Source: a virus
Reading direction: 5' to 3' (one strand)
Length of the DNA: 64,000 nucleotides
IMG/VR virus record: IMGVR_UViG_3300044475_000063
Coordinates: 32,001 to 96,000 of that record
The notes under the pieces: generated by a model
Database searches by the model: none
The model's input: the letters and a program-made list of their open reading frames with translations, nothing else
What the model was told of the DNA's origin: nothing
Shown here: positions 25,824 through 35,815 of the stretch, one piece after another
Layout of the letters: each line of letters starts with the position of its first letter
How positions within the stretch are numbered: the first letter of the stretch is position 1
Made by a program: the position numbers and the translations under genes

Positions 25824-26005
25824 GCCCTACGTTGCAAGATGAGCTTTGGCTATGGCGTCCAATACTAGCTGGGAAATGCACGCTAGAGGGAGTTAAAAGC
25901 GGAGTAGTGACAGTAGAGGATTTGCTTAAGCTAAATGCTTTGCTTGATATGTCTGAATGCTACCAAGCCTATGCAGATGAGAAATCGAAAAGCAGCCGGA
26001 AATGA
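25362..26005 (+). CDS. tail assembly chaperone frameshift product (GT-like)
   Basis: -1 frame extension ...DELWLWRPILAGKCTLEGVKSGVVTVEDLLKLNALLDM... No independent start or RBS. Confidence 0.5.
25736..25742 (+). other. putative -1 frameshift slippery run T TTT TTT
   Basis: Zero-frame codons CCT TTT TTT ATC. The -1 frame is open from here to the TGA at 26003-26005. Confidence 0.55.
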
Positions 26006-26019
26006 CCGGCTGTTTTTTT
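25993..26019 (+). terminator. terminator-like hairpin before the tape measure gene
   Basis: CAGCCGG-AAATGA-CCGGCTG followed by T7. Confidence 0.55.
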
Positions 26020-26030
26020 AAGGAAGAGAG

Positions 26031-27815
26031 ATGATTGTACGGGAGCTTTTAAGTCGCTTCACTTTCGCGGTTAATGAAAGCCAATTGCGCCGCTATGAGC
26101 AAGGCGTGAATAACTTCCGTCGCCAAGCAGACGAGGCTGCGGAATCGTTCCGTAATATCTTCTTGGCCTTTGCTGGCTTTGGCGCTTTGCGCTCTATTGC
26201 GCATGTCGCAGATGATATGCAATCGCTTGAGGCCCGAGTAGGCCAATTGCCGCAAACGATCACGAGTGCTGCTGATGCTTTCGACGTTGTTACGGCCAGC
26301 GCAAGCGCCGCACGTCAATCTATTGACGCATACACCAACTTCTACATTAAGCTGCAACACGCTGGCAAAGATTTCATCAAGACCCAAGAGGAAGGGCTTT
26401 TGATTACTGATACGATCAGTAAAGCCCTTATTCTTGGCGGCGCTACGGCGCAAGAGCAAGCTTCTACGCTGCTCCAATTTGGCCAAGCAATCGGCTCAAA
26501 TGTGCTGCAAGGCGATGAGTTCCGCGCCCTTGCGGAATCCGCGCCTCAATTGGTCGATGCAATTGGTAAGCAACTAGGAATTGCTCGTGCTGACCTGAAA
26601 AAATACGCTAGTGAAGGAAAGCTAACCTCTAAAGTAGTAGTAGAGGCGGTGAAAGCTATTTCTAGCCAGTTCGATGACAGGTTCAAAGAAATGCCGCTGA
26701 CTATCGGATCAGCAACAACTATCGTTGCTAACCGATGGGCTGTATTTATCAATCGCTTGAATCGTGAAAGTTCTGCCGTCACAAAAACTGCTAATTTTTT
26801 CTTGAAGTCGTTTGATACCATCGAAAAAGGTTTGGCGGATATGGTCAAGTTCTTCGGAGGCGCAACCAATACTCTCAAGTTCTTCGGTATCGCCTTGGCT
26901 GCTGCATTGGCTCCGTTCGTGTTCCGCACTGCTGCGGGAGCAATCGCATTCCTGCTTTCTCCTATGGGCCTATTACTGGCTTCGCTGCTGCTGCTTGGCT
27001 TGGCTATTGAGGACTTCTACCAATGGATGACAGGCGGTAAATCTGTATTCCAAGAGTGGTTTGGCAACTTTGATGATGCCAAGAAAAAGCTTGATGAATA
27101 TAGTGGCTGGATTCAGGCAGTGAAAATTGCTGTTGTATCCGCTGTTGGTGTGATGGTTGCAAATTGGATTTGGGCTGCTGGCATTGCCATAGTGAGTGCT
27201 GGGCAAGCATTTGGTGCTTGGATAGCTGGCCTTGTACGTTTTGGTATTGCAATGGCAGTTAATTTATTAGCAGTTGGCGCTTGGGTTGTAGGAATTTTGG
27301 CGCAAACCGCAATTCTTGTGGCTGGTTGGATTGCATCATTCGTAAGTATGGCGCTGGCTGCTGCACCAGTGATTTTACCAATCCTAGCAATTATCGCTGC
27401 TATAGCATTGGTTGTATCAGGTATTTACTACCTGTACAAAAATTGGAATAAAGTATGGACAGGAATAAAAGATATAGCATCTAATGTATGGGATGGTATA
27501 TCAGGCGGATTTAGTGCTATGGTAAATAAGTTAAAAGTCTACTGGAATTCTTTTAAATCATTCTTCGGAATGAAGGTAGATACAACTATCGGCGCAACTG
27601 GAACAGCACCTGTTGTTACTCCTACCGTTGCTGCTGGGGCTGCTGTTTCTGCTGGTGGAGTTGCTGGCGGTAATTCATCTGTTGTTATTAATCAGACTTT
27701 GCCACCAGGAAGCCCGGCGGAAACAGCAGAAGCAGCTAGGGTAGCAACTCAACAGGCTTTGGATGATGCAGCAATTAGCCGTTTATCTCGGCAGATGGGG
27801 CAGGTAGGTGGATGA
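26031..27815 (+). CDS. tail tape measure protein
   Basis: 594 aa. N-terminal tape-measure domain pattern (LQFGQAIGSNVLQGDEFRALAESAPQL). Central hydrophobic Ala/Gly/Ile-rich segments. Confidence 0.85.
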   Translation: MIVRELLSRFTFAVNESQLRRYEQGVNNFRRQADEAAESFRNIFLAFAGFGALRSIAHVADDMQSLEARVGQLPQTITSAADAFDVVTASASAARQSIDAYTNFYIKLQHAGKDFIKTQEEGLLITDTISKALILGGATAQEQASTLLQFGQAIGSNVLQGDEFRALAESAPQLVDAIGKQLGIARADLKKYASEGKLTSKVVVEAVKAISSQFDDRFKEMPLTIGSATTIVANRWAVFINRLNRESSAVTKTANFFLKSFDTIEKGLADMVKFFGGATNTLKFFGIALAAALAPFVFRTAAGAIAFLLSPMGLLLASLLLLGLAIEDFYQWMTGGKSVFQEWFGNFDDAKKKLDEYSGWIQAVKIAVVSAVGVMVANWIWAAGIAIVSAGQAFGAWIAGLVRFGIAMAVNLLAVGAWVVGILAQTAILVAGWIASFVSMALAAAPVILPILAIIAAIALVVSGIYYLYKNWNKVWTGIKDIASNVWDGISGGFSAMVNKLKVYWNSFKSFFGMKVDTTIGATGTAPVVTPTVAAGAAVSAGGVAGGNSSVVINQTLPPGSPAETAEAARVATQQALDDAAISRLSRQMGQVGG

Positions 27816-28468
27816 GTGAGCAAGTAGGGATTCTGTTTAGGGATGGGAAACCATTATCTAGGTTTGAATCTGATCTATTTTCCATGGAGTTTGACGCTGT
27901 TCTTACAGAGGGCCACTCATGGTCAAATGATATTACGTCTAACCCTGTAGAGCGTGGCGTAGATGTTACTGACCATATCCGCGAGATTCCAGATCAAATT
28001 ACACTTGTTGGGTTTGTTACTAATACGCCTTTTCTTGAAGGCGTAGATACAAACACAATTACAGATGACGACGAGGATAAAGTACAAGCAATAATTGATA
28101 GGATGCGTCTTATCAGGGCAGAAAGATCAACTGTAGTCATATATACTAAATATGTTCAATATAAAGATATGGCTATTAAGTCAATAGACTTTACGCGTGA
28201 TTCAAGCAATACAAATTCTGTAATTTTCACAATACAATTCCAGAATATAAAATTGGTTGAAACACAAACAGTTGATGTTCCTGCTGGTATAAGCAAAAAA
28301 CTAGACAAAAAATCTGGCGATGCGGTAAAGAAAAAAACTGAGCCACAAAAGGCAGGCGGGGCAAAGCAGCCGAAGGAGCCTGAAAAGGCAAGTTCCGTAC
28401 TTTCAAACACTTTGCCAAAACTAAAAGATTTTATTTTGGGGAAACAGCCAACAATCCCAGGATCGTAA
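27812..28468 (+). CDS. tail/baseplate-associated protein
   Basis: By position after the tape measure. Lys-rich C-terminus. Confidence 0.5.
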   Translation: MSEQVGILFRDGKPLSRFESDLFSMEFDAVLTEGHSWSNDITSNPVERGVDVTDHIREIPDQITLVGFVTNTPFLEGVDTNTITDDDEDKVQAIIDRMRLIRAERSTVVIYTKYVQYKDMAIKSIDFTRDSSNTNSVIFTIQFQNIKLVETQTVDVPAGISKKLDKKSGDAVKKKTEPQKAGGAKQPKEPEKASSVLSNTLPKLKDFILGKQPTIPGS

Positions 28469-28473
28469 TAATC

Positions 28474-28839
28474 ATGACAATAGCATTTGAAATACCATTA
28501 CTTTCTGAAACTGCGGATCAAACGCTAGATATCACGATTGATAGCATTCCTTACACAATGCGCGTATTGTGGAATGTGCGCTTTGAATACTTCTCTCTAA
28601 GCATCTATGAGAAGGGAGGCGATGCTATCCTGACCAATGTTAAGATGGTTCCATACTTCCCACTGGTAGGCATATATAGGAAATTTCCTTTTGCTGGCGA
28701 TCTTTATTTTCTTCATCGTGGTGGAAAGACCTATCGCCCAGGATATGAGGATATTGGAGGATCGGCCTATGGGCTGTACTACTACGATCCAGAAACGCCG
28801 ATTGAGTACCCTATACCTTTAGAGCCTGTGGAGCCTTGA
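28474..28839 (+). CDS. small baseplate/tail protein
   Basis: By position. Confidence 0.5.
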   Translation: MTIAFEIPLLSETADQTLDITIDSIPYTMRVLWNVRFEYFSLSIYEKGGDAILTNVKMVPYFPLVGIYRKFPFAGDLYFLHRGGKTYRPGYEDIGGSAYGLYYYDPETPIEYPIPLEPVEP

Positions 28840-28840
28840 T

Positions 28841-29773
28841 ATGCCATTGTTCAATAGGGTTGCTGAGTTGGTTGTAGGCCAATCAGGCAAGGAAGGCTTG
28901 CTCATTAAGGATTTGCGTATTTCATTTTCGATTGAGAAGACGCTCACGGAGACGCTTAACACGTCAACAGTTCGCATCTACAACCTGAATCCGACCTCGC
29001 GCAAGCTGGTGGAGACGCCAAACAATGCGGTTATATTGAAAGCTGGATATAGTCAGGACAAAGGGGCGCTGACAATCTTTGTTGGAATCGTGCGCCGCTC
29101 CTTGACAGTGCGCGAGGGTGTTGATTGGGTGACTGAGCTAGAGCTTGATGACGGACTGATTGCATACCGTGACAGCAAGTTTTCGACTAGCTTTGCTCCG
29201 GGCGCAAAAGGCGTTGATGTTCTTAAGCAGGTCGCTGATAAATTCGGCATTACTGTAGGCAAGCTGCCGGATGCAATCGAGCAAAAGATTTACCCTAACG
29301 GCTTCTCGTTCGTTGGCCGCGCTCGTGACGCTATGGCAAAGGTCTGCAATTACTTGGGCCTTGAATGGTCGATTCAAAATCAGACTATTCAAGTTCTGAA
29401 AAAAGGCGGCTACCGAGAGCGCACGGCAATTGTCATTTCACCAGAAACCGGCATGATTAAGTCGCCGCAGCTTGAGGCTAAGACGATGAGTGATAAGCTA
29501 GCAGCAAAGCAGGGCTTGACGACGAATAGCGCAGGCGTAGTGACAAAGAAATCAGATAAACTGACTGTCAGCGGGAATCCGCCAAAAGACCGCCTTGAGG
29601 TGCAGGGATACAAGGTTGAGACTCTTATGCAGCCTACTATCTTGCCTGGTGACGTAGTTAAGATCAAAGCAGAAGGTGTTGATAACTTCTTTAAAGTGGA
29701 GAAAGTTACCCATCAAGGAGATACTCATGGTGATGAATGGGTATCCGAATGCAGCGTACGATTTATAAGTTGA
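28841..29773 (+). CDS. baseplate hub protein (gpD/XkdQ-like, tentative)
   Basis: 310 aa, by position upstream of the spike-like gene. Confidence 0.5.
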   Translation: MPLFNRVAELVVGQSGKEGLLIKDLRISFSIEKTLTETLNTSTVRIYNLNPTSRKLVETPNNAVILKAGYSQDKGALTIFVGIVRRSLTVREGVDWVTELELDDGLIAYRDSKFSTSFAPGAKGVDVLKQVADKFGITVGKLPDAIEQKIYPNGFSFVGRARDAMAKVCNYLGLEWSIQNQTIQVLKKGGYRERTAIVISPETGMIKSPQLEAKTMSDKLAAKQGLTTNSAGVVTKKSDKLTVSGNPPKDRLEVQGYKVETLMQPTILPGDVVKIKAEGVDNFFKVEKVTHQGDTHGDEWVSECSVRFIS

Positions 29774-29774
29774 T

Positions 29775-30449
29775 ATGGCAGAAGAAACTAATGACTTCGT
29801 AGCGAGCCTGCGAACCCTAATTCAAAGCGAACTACTGGACTTCAATACGTCCGTAGAAGGCACTGTGCGAGCCTATGCAAACGGCTTGGCTACGGTTCTT
29901 CCTGACGCTACTAAACGATTTGCAGACGGCGATACGCTGCCCTTCCCCCAGCTTTTCCAAGTTCCCATCCGTTGGCCTTCTTTTAATGGTGGAAGTTGCG
30001 GCATCAAAGGCCCGATTCGTGTAGGTGATAAAGTTCTAGTAGTGTTCGCGCAGCAAGCACGAGATGGGACTGACGACGAACGCCGCTTTGATATGACTGA
30101 TGCCTACGCTATCCCATGCGGAAATGCACAAGCTGGTCAGGCATCAAACAATGCTGACATGATTATGTGGTTTGGTGATGCGTATATCAAATTGACAGAA
30201 AGCGGCGCTCTTGAGATTAATGCCCCAGGCGGCAGTAAGATTATCACGCCAAACAATGAATTTACCGGAAATAATAAAGTTGATGGAAATCAGCAGACTA
30301 TCGGGACAACAACTAATACTGGAGCAACTGCAATGAATGGCGGATTTAGTAGCATTGGCTCTGCAACCAATGATGGTAAAAACATTGGTGACGATCATCG
30401 CCATAGCGGCGTACAAACTGGCACTGGTCAGTCTGGTCCAGTTGTATAA
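29775..30449 (+). CDS. baseplate spike/gpV-like protein (tentative)
   Basis: N-terminal pattern VEGTV...GDKVLVVF typical of gpV/Gp138-N OB folds. Confidence 0.5.
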   Translation: MAEETNDFVASLRTLIQSELLDFNTSVEGTVRAYANGLATVLPDATKRFADGDTLPFPQLFQVPIRWPSFNGGSCGIKGPIRVGDKVLVVFAQQARDGTDDERRFDMTDAYAIPCGNAQAGQASNNADMIMWFGDAYIKLTESGALEINAPGGSKIITPNNEFTGNNKVDGNQQTIGTTTNTGATAMNGGFSSIGSATNDGKNIGDDHRHSGVQTGTGQSGPVV

Positions 30450-30457
30450 TCTAGAAT

Positions 30458-30808
30458 ATGAACGATTTAGCCCTAGACCCTGCAACTGGAGATCTTTCCA
30501 TAGTTGGCTTTGAACTTTATGTAGTTCAAGGCGCTGATGCTGTACGACAACAGCTTGATATGAAATTATCGCTATGGACTGGCGCATGGTTTCTGGATAC
30601 TGAGTTTGGTACACCATATTTGGATAGTGTCTTGGGCAAACAAGTAAGTTTGAATGGTGCTATATCAGCGCTTAAAAAGTCGATCCTTGAAGTTCAAGAC
30701 GTGGATAAAATTACACAATTCAATTTCAGTTTTGATCGACAGCAACGGAAAATAAGCGTTTCTTTTGAATGCTCAACGGCATACGGACTAATTAGGACTA
30801 GCACATGA
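30458..30808 (+). CDS. small baseplate wedge protein (gpW/gp25- or DUF2634-like)
   Basis: 116 aa immediately upstream of the J-like gene. Confidence 0.5.
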   Translation: MNDLALDPATGDLSIVGFELYVVQGADAVRQQLDMKLSLWTGAWFLDTEFGTPYLDSVLGKQVSLNGAISALKKSILEVQDVDKITQFNFSFDRQQRKISVSFECSTAYGLIRTST

Positions 30809-32220
30809 GTTTGACCTCAACAGGGCTTGAGCGACCACGCCTAGCCGAACTAAAGGCCGATCTGGATCAAAGCATTACTGATGTGCTTGGTCCGGTAAAT
30901 GTCGCGCCAGATGCAGTTCTAGGACAGATTGACGGCATCAATGCCGCTGCCTTAGATGATGTATGGGAAGCAGTTCAGGATAATTATGACAGTATGTATC
31001 CATCTAGCGCGGAAGGTGTTAGTTTGGACCGTGCTGTATCGTTCTTGGGCCTTGTGCGAATCCCTGCTGCACCTGTTGTAGTTACAGCAGCTATCTATGG
31101 CACAGAAGGGGCAGTAGTTCCTGTAAATGCGCTGGCACATGCTGACGTACAATATTTCAATACTTCTCAAGTCACGATTACTCAAGCAAGCGTGATTGAT
31201 ACTATTGTTGGTGTTGCAGCCGCATTTGATGCGGTTACTTACACGGTGACACTTAATGGTACGCCATACTCTTATTTGTCAGGCGCTGGCGCTACAAAAA
31301 CTTCTATTGCACTTGGCTTAAAAACTGCAATTGGCGCTGCATATATAGTTTCTGTAACTGACGATAAGCTGCGCATCAGCGCATTGGATGGCGAAACGCC
31401 ATTTCCTATTCTCATAACTGATAATCTGACGCTTGATAGCATCGGCTCTCCTGCTATCTTCGTTTCTGTAGTTAGTGGCGCTCGTGGTTTGCCTGTTGGT
31501 GCATTATCGAATGTAGATACTCCTGTATTCGGCTGGACTGGTATATATAACTTGCTTCCAGGCGCTGGCAGTCGAGATGTTGAGTCAGATATTGATTTGC
31601 GCCTACGTCATGCTACGGCATCTCGTGCTACTGGTTCAGCAACCGTTAAGGCAATTCGTGCGCGCTTGCTAGCAGAGGTTCCAGGGGTTACGGCTGTCTC
31701 TATCTATGAGAATCGTACCAGCAGTGTAGTTTCTTCGCGTCCACCTCATTCATTTGAAGCAGTTGTACAAGGTGGAGTAGACCAGCTTGTAGGAAACAAC
31801 ATTTGGGAAAATAAACCAGCAGGTATAGAAACTTATGGCAACGTGACAGTTAATGTCACTGATGATAATGGCGATCTGCAAGCTACTAAATTTTCGCGCC
31901 CAACCTCTAAATATCTATGGGTACGCGTGACTGTTACCGCACTTTATCCAGAAGAGGATTTGCCGTCAAATACTGAGCAAGCAATCATAGATGCTGTGTT
32001 AGCAACATCAAGCGCGCTCACTGTTGGAGAGGACGTTATTACTCAGCGCTTTATCGGACCGATTTATGCCGCAACTACGGGCATCGGAATGATTACTGTT
32101 GAAACTGCTTTGACTAATTTACCCGGCGATACTCCAACCTACACAACTGCAAACAAAGCAATCTCGTTTGCAGAATTAGCTATTGCTGCTCAAAGTCGAA
32201 TCACGGTACTTGGCCTATGA
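30805..32220 (+). CDS. baseplate J-like wedge protein
   Basis: 471 aa, by size and position. Confidence 0.6.
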   Translation: MSLTSTGLERPRLAELKADLDQSITDVLGPVNVAPDAVLGQIDGINAAALDDVWEAVQDNYDSMYPSSAEGVSLDRAVSFLGLVRIPAAPVVVTAAIYGTEGAVVPVNALAHADVQYFNTSQVTITQASVIDTIVGVAAAFDAVTYTVTLNGTPYSYLSGAGATKTSIALGLKTAIGAAYIVSVTDDKLRISALDGETPFPILITDNLTLDSIGSPAIFVSVVSGARGLPVGALSNVDTPVFGWTGIYNLLPGAGSRDVESDIDLRLRHATASRATGSATVKAIRARLLAEVPGVTAVSIYENRTSSVVSSRPPHSFEAVVQGGVDQLVGNNIWENKPAGIETYGNVTVNVTDDNGDLQATKFSRPTSKYLWVRVTVTALYPEEDLPSNTEQAIIDAVLATSSALTVGEDVITQRFIGPIYAATTGIGMITVETALTNLPGDTPTYTTANKAISFAELAIAAQSRITVLGL

Positions 32221-32873
32221 TGGATTACTCTTCTGTAGCTCGTGTTAGATTGGCGGGTAGAATAAATCAAAAGCCTTTAGTAGAGGCGGTTGCTACTTCT
32301 TTGCCTAAGCAATTGACCATTGTTGAAGCAACTCTTGACCAACTAAAGAATGAGCGCTCAATCGATACAGCAATTGGAGTGCAGCTAGATAGGGTAGGTG
32401 AGATTGTTGGCGAACCACGTAATGGGCGTGATGATGAAACTTATCGTCAATACATAAAATTCCGTGTTTTTGTTAATGTATCAAAAGGTAGGCCGCATGA
32501 TGTAAGCTATGCAACTAGATTTATTACGCAAGGGGATGATATCCAATATCAAGAATTCTTCCCGGCGCAAGTTGTAATGTTTAGTGATGGCTATGCAGCA
32601 AATCAGGATACGCCATCGCTTTTACAAGATGTCTCTCCCGCAGCAGTTTTTGATATCCCTTTAGTAGTTTCATTTGGCGAGACGCCATTTAGAACTTCTA
32701 CAGTTAATATGAATATCGACAATGATTCTGAACTTGCTGGTATACAATTAGGGGTGTTTGTTACGCTTCGTAATAAACGTTTAATGACGTTAAGCGGCAA
32801 GCGAATAAGAATTAAACAAAATTATCGTACATACACTAGCGATACTAGACTAAATGGGGTTTATCAAGCATGA
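32217..32873 (+). CDS. baseplate/tail-fibre adaptor (gpI/DUF2612-like, tentative)
   Basis: By position after the J-like gene. Confidence 0.5.
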   Translation: MMDYSSVARVRLAGRINQKPLVEAVATSLPKQLTIVEATLDQLKNERSIDTAIGVQLDRVGEIVGEPRNGRDDETYRQYIKFRVFVNVSKGRPHDVSYATRFITQGDDIQYQEFFPAQVVMFSDGYAANQDTPSLLQDVSPAAVFDIPLVVSFGETPFRTSTVNMNIDNDSELAGIQLGVFVTLRNKRLMTLSGKRIRIKQNYRTYTSDTRLNGVYQA

Positions 32874-33310
32874 CGACATTTGCTGAAACTTCTGTGCAAT
32901 ATCCAGATGGGCAATCAAATGTCTATCCATTGCCTGAAAATATTATGACTCAAGGATTTGCGCCTAAGCAATCAGGAGTTCGCGGGCAACCTCTAGCGGC
33001 TAATTGGCTTAATTGGCTTTTCCGAGAGCTTTTTCGACGTGTAAATAAAGATAGGCTTACTGATGGGAATGGCTCAGGTATTTTGTCCTCTGCTGATTCT
33101 GATTCGTTTGTAACTATTCATGCTGTTGTAAAAACAGACCCTACAAAATGGATATCCGCTATTGGTTATAAGACTGCAAATGGAGTACCAGCAATGAAAG
33201 TTACTAGTTCAGGAACGCTTGCTTTAGGTACTCTTACAGCAACAGATATCCCAATCACTGGTGCAACTGCAAGCACTATTGCATTGCGTGTAACCGTTAC
33301 GGGGGCATAA
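32870..33310 (+). CDS. tail fibre protein (short)
   Basis: ANWLNWLFRELF motif common at fibre N-termini. AT-rich region. Confidence 0.5.
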   Translation: MTTFAETSVQYPDGQSNVYPLPENIMTQGFAPKQSGVRGQPLAANWLNWLFRELFRRVNKDRLTDGNGSGILSSADSDSFVTIHAVVKTDPTKWISAIGYKTANGVPAMKVTSSGTLALGTLTATDIPITGATASTIALRVTVTGA

Positions 33311-33612
33311 TGGCACTTACCGCAGTTGAAGAAGGACAATTACGCGACCTTCTACAATATTTTTCTGGACTTTCTGACATTGGGGCTTCTTCTTCCGATG
33401 TTATGGCCGCACTTGCTTATGGAGAAGTGGTAGTAACAGACTTGCCAAGTGCTGGGACTTATAATGCTAGTGATGTTTTTTATCTTGCACAAAATGGGCA
33501 GGACGTTAAAACTAGCGTAACAGATTTTGCAACTTATGTAGCCGCTGCTGTTACTGGCGGTATTCCAATCGGCGTAACCGCTGAAGAACTTTACTTCATG
33601 AGTCAATCATAA
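33310..33612 (+). CDS. hypothetical fibre-region protein
   Basis: Abutting starts and stops. Confidence 0.45.
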   Translation: MALTAVEEGQLRDLLQYFSGLSDIGASSSDVMAALAYGEVVVTDLPSAGTYNASDVFYLAQNGQDVKTSVTDFATYVAAAVTGGIPIGVTAEELYFMSQS

Positions 33613-33932
33613 TGGCAAACGGAACTTTAGCCCAAGGCCGATTAACGGCTAATACAATTGTGCCTGTTTATCCTGTACCTTCGGGGAAGGTTACTAACTA
33701 CAATATTAGGATTGTAAATAATGATCCTATTAATGCTGTAGCAATTAGATATACTCATTCAGTTGCTAATAATGCGCAGGCCAATGGTGAATATATGCTT
33801 CCTAAAGATATTGTTTTGGAAGCTGGAGGTTTTTTTGAGGAAACTGCTTTAATGATAAGCGGCAATAGGTTTATTAACCTATTTACAACTGGTAGCCAAG
33901 TAGATTATAACGTTTATGGGTATGAAAAATAA
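33612..33932 (+). CDS. hypothetical fibre-region protein
   Basis: Abutting starts and stops. Confidence 0.45.
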   Translation: MANGTLAQGRLTANTIVPVYPVPSGKVTNYNIRIVNNDPINAVAIRYTHSVANNAQANGEYMLPKDIVLEAGGFFEETALMISGNRFINLFTTGSQVDYNVYGYEK

Positions 33933-34714
33933 TGGGCCATTATACTAAACCTGTTCAAAATACGAACATAATTTCTAGCGCTGCAAATAATATAGCCACT
34001 GGCAAGTTTGGCAATGGTAATGTGGCATTTATTAATTCAACCCAAACATTTACTATTCCAGCTGTTAATATTAGGGTTAGGGGTTGGGGCGCTGGTGGGA
34101 ATGTAGCAGCTATTAGCAATGCTGGCGGCGCTGGTGCTGGTGGATTTTTTCTTAAAACGATTACCGGCCTAACTGTTGGGGCAACTGTTTCAGCTACAGT
34201 TGGGGCAACTGCTGGCTCAAGCACATCTTTTGGAGCTTATGCTTCGGCTACTGGCGGCGCTAGCTCTACAACCTCTTCTGGTGGGGCTGGTGGTAGTGGC
34301 TCTAGTGGCGATATTAATTCCACAGGTGGTTCTGGTGGGGTCAATGGAGCATCTGGCGGTGTAGGGGGGGTTTTTGGAAATGGCGGCGCTGGCTGGTTAT
34401 CTGGCGGAACGTCAAGTATGAATGGCAATTCTGGCGGTGGTTCATCTAGTTCTACTATACCTGCTGGTAATGGTGTATTTGGTCATGGTGGAAATATTAC
34501 AAGCGGCAATGGTGAACCCGGTGATAACTATTCCATAGATTGGATTGGTACTGGTGGTGGCGGCGGTCCTTCCACTGCTGGTAATGGAGCAGGACACGGA
34601 GCAAACGGGGGGGGTGGTGGCGGAAGTACCAATGGAGCAAACTGCGGAGATGGTGGATTCCCTGGCGGTGGCGGCAGGATTGGCGCTCGTGGTCTAATTA
34701 TCGTGGAGTGGTAA
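33932..34714 (+). CDS. glycine-rich domain protein (fibre region)
   Basis: 260 aa with GGxGG-type runs throughout. Contains G7 and G8 homopolymer tracts. Confidence 0.65.
   Translation: MGHYTKPVQNTNIISSAANNIATGKFGNGNVAFINSTQTFTIPAVNIRVRGWGAGGNVAAISNAGGAGAGGFFLKTITGLTVGATVSATVGATAGSSTSFGAYASATGGASSTTSSGGAGGSGSSGDINSTGGSGGVNGASGGVGGVFGNGGAGWLSGGTSSMNGNSGGGSSSSTIPAGNGVFGHGGNITSGNGEPGDNYSIDWIGTGGGGGPSTAGNGAGHGANGGGGGGSTNGANCGDGGFPGGGGRIGARGLIIVEW
34364..34370 (+). repeat. poly-G tract (G7) inside 33932-34714
   Basis: Direct reading. Confidence 0.9.
34607..34614 (+). repeat. poly-G tract (G8) inside 33932-34714
   Basis: Direct reading. Confidence 0.9.
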
Positions 34715-34715
34715 A

Positions 34716-34889
34716 ATGACGTCCTATGCTCGCGTGATTGATGACGTTGCAGTAGAGATTTTTGTTCCATTGCCGGGATTTACGCTTGAAGAATCCTTCA
34801 CGCCAGAAGTAGCGGCAATGTTTCAAGAGGTTCCAGACAATGTAAAAGTTGGATGGATTTATAAAAACGGTAAATGGGTTAAACCATAA
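34716..34889 (+). CDS. small protein (57 aa), possible fibre assembly factor
   Basis: MTSYARVIDDVAVEIFVP... Starts 1 nt after the previous stop. Below the ORF-track cutoff. Confidence 0.4.
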   Translation: MTSYARVIDDVAVEIFVPLPGFTLEESFTPEVAAMFQEVPDNVKVGWIYKNGKWVKP

Positions 34890-34901
34890 TAGGAACTGAA
34901 A

Positions 34902-35006
34902 ATGAAAATTTATGAAATGTCTGGTCATGGCGACCCTCCACCAAAGCCTACTACGCCTCCTACTCCACAAGCAGTTCCCCCAGTAGACGACGAGACGAAA
35001 GTCTAA
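34902..35006 (+). CDS. small Pro-rich protein (34 aa)
   Basis: Short ORF filling the gap. The stop lies 1 nt before the next ATG. Confidence 0.3.
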   Translation: MKIYEMSGHGDPPPKPTTPPTPQAVPPVDDETKV

Positions 35007-35007
35007 A

Positions 35008-35406
35008 ATGCTGTACGCGGCATTTAGTCTGTTAATACTGATTGCCGCTGTCCTCAACAAAGAGGATAAAAAAACGCTCGTGCTCTGCCTAATGGTAAGC
35101 GCGGGTTTTTTTTCGCCACTCCCAAACAACGATTGGTTGATGTTTTATGTTTGTGGCATTTGCACTGAATTGTGCGTTGCCATGTTAGCGTGGCACTTAA
35201 ATTGCGCCGCATCTAGATCAATCGTGGTAGTGTCGCTGTTGATGGCGATATGTCACACAACAGGAATTATTTACGATGGATATCCGCCACTCAGCCCATA
35301 CAGAATTCTCGTGCCAGCGTTTGAGCTTGCAGAGCCGTTTTTCATCATTCTTACTTCGCGTTGGGTTTCAAACCTACTTCACAATCATGAATCGCCGCCT
35401 GTCTGA
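35008..35406 (+). CDS. multi-pass membrane protein (holin candidate)
   Basis: Several hydrophobic helices. Upstream of the endolysin candidate. Confidence 0.55.
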   Translation: MLYAAFSLLILIAAVLNKEDKKTLVLCLMVSAGFFSPLPNNDWLMFYVCGICTELCVAMLAWHLNCAASRSIVVVSLLMAICHTTGIIYDGYPPLSPYRILVPAFELAEPFFIILTSRWVSNLLHNHESPPV

Positions 35407-35815
35407 TTACGCATTGACCGTGTTACGGATTTACATGGGGGGGAATGCCATTGTTGCGTGGCATACGGCTATTAGCGAGCCTAGATCATTGATTGCAGAG
35501 GCTACACGCACTCCAGATTCACTAGTTCTTATTTGGCTTCTAGGCATTGTAGGAGTACTTTTTGCGGTAGACGTTATAATAAATGACATTATGCCGCAGC
35601 GATTTATTTGGAAGCGAGCGCTTAAATACAGGCATTTCCTATTTTCAGCGCTCGCATATTGCTATGTTGCGCAATTGTTTGTCGGTGTTATGGCTCATCA
35701 AGGCTTAGCACTGCTTATTTCTTTCGTCTGGAATGCTTCGATAATTATGATTGCGGCATTCTTGGACGCTAAAAAACGTTCAAGGGACGCGGGATGCGCA
35801 ATGTTATACAACTGA
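35387..35815 (+). CDS. multi-pass membrane protein (holin/antiholin candidate)
   Basis: Start at MNRRLSDY. Hydrophobic helices. Confidence 0.5.
   Translation: MNRRLSDYALTVLRIYMGGNAIVAWHTAISEPRSLIAEATRTPDSLVLIWLLGIVGVLFAVDVIINDIMPQRFIWKRALKYRHFLFSALAYCYVAQLFVGVMAHQGLALLISFVWNASIIMIAAFLDAKKRSRDAGCAMLYN

Noticed and set aside
33955-34770. Minus-strand Pro-rich ORFs opposite the glycine-rich gene
   Set aside because: They are the mirror of GGN codon runs (CCN). They have no RBS and interrupt a co-directional late operon.
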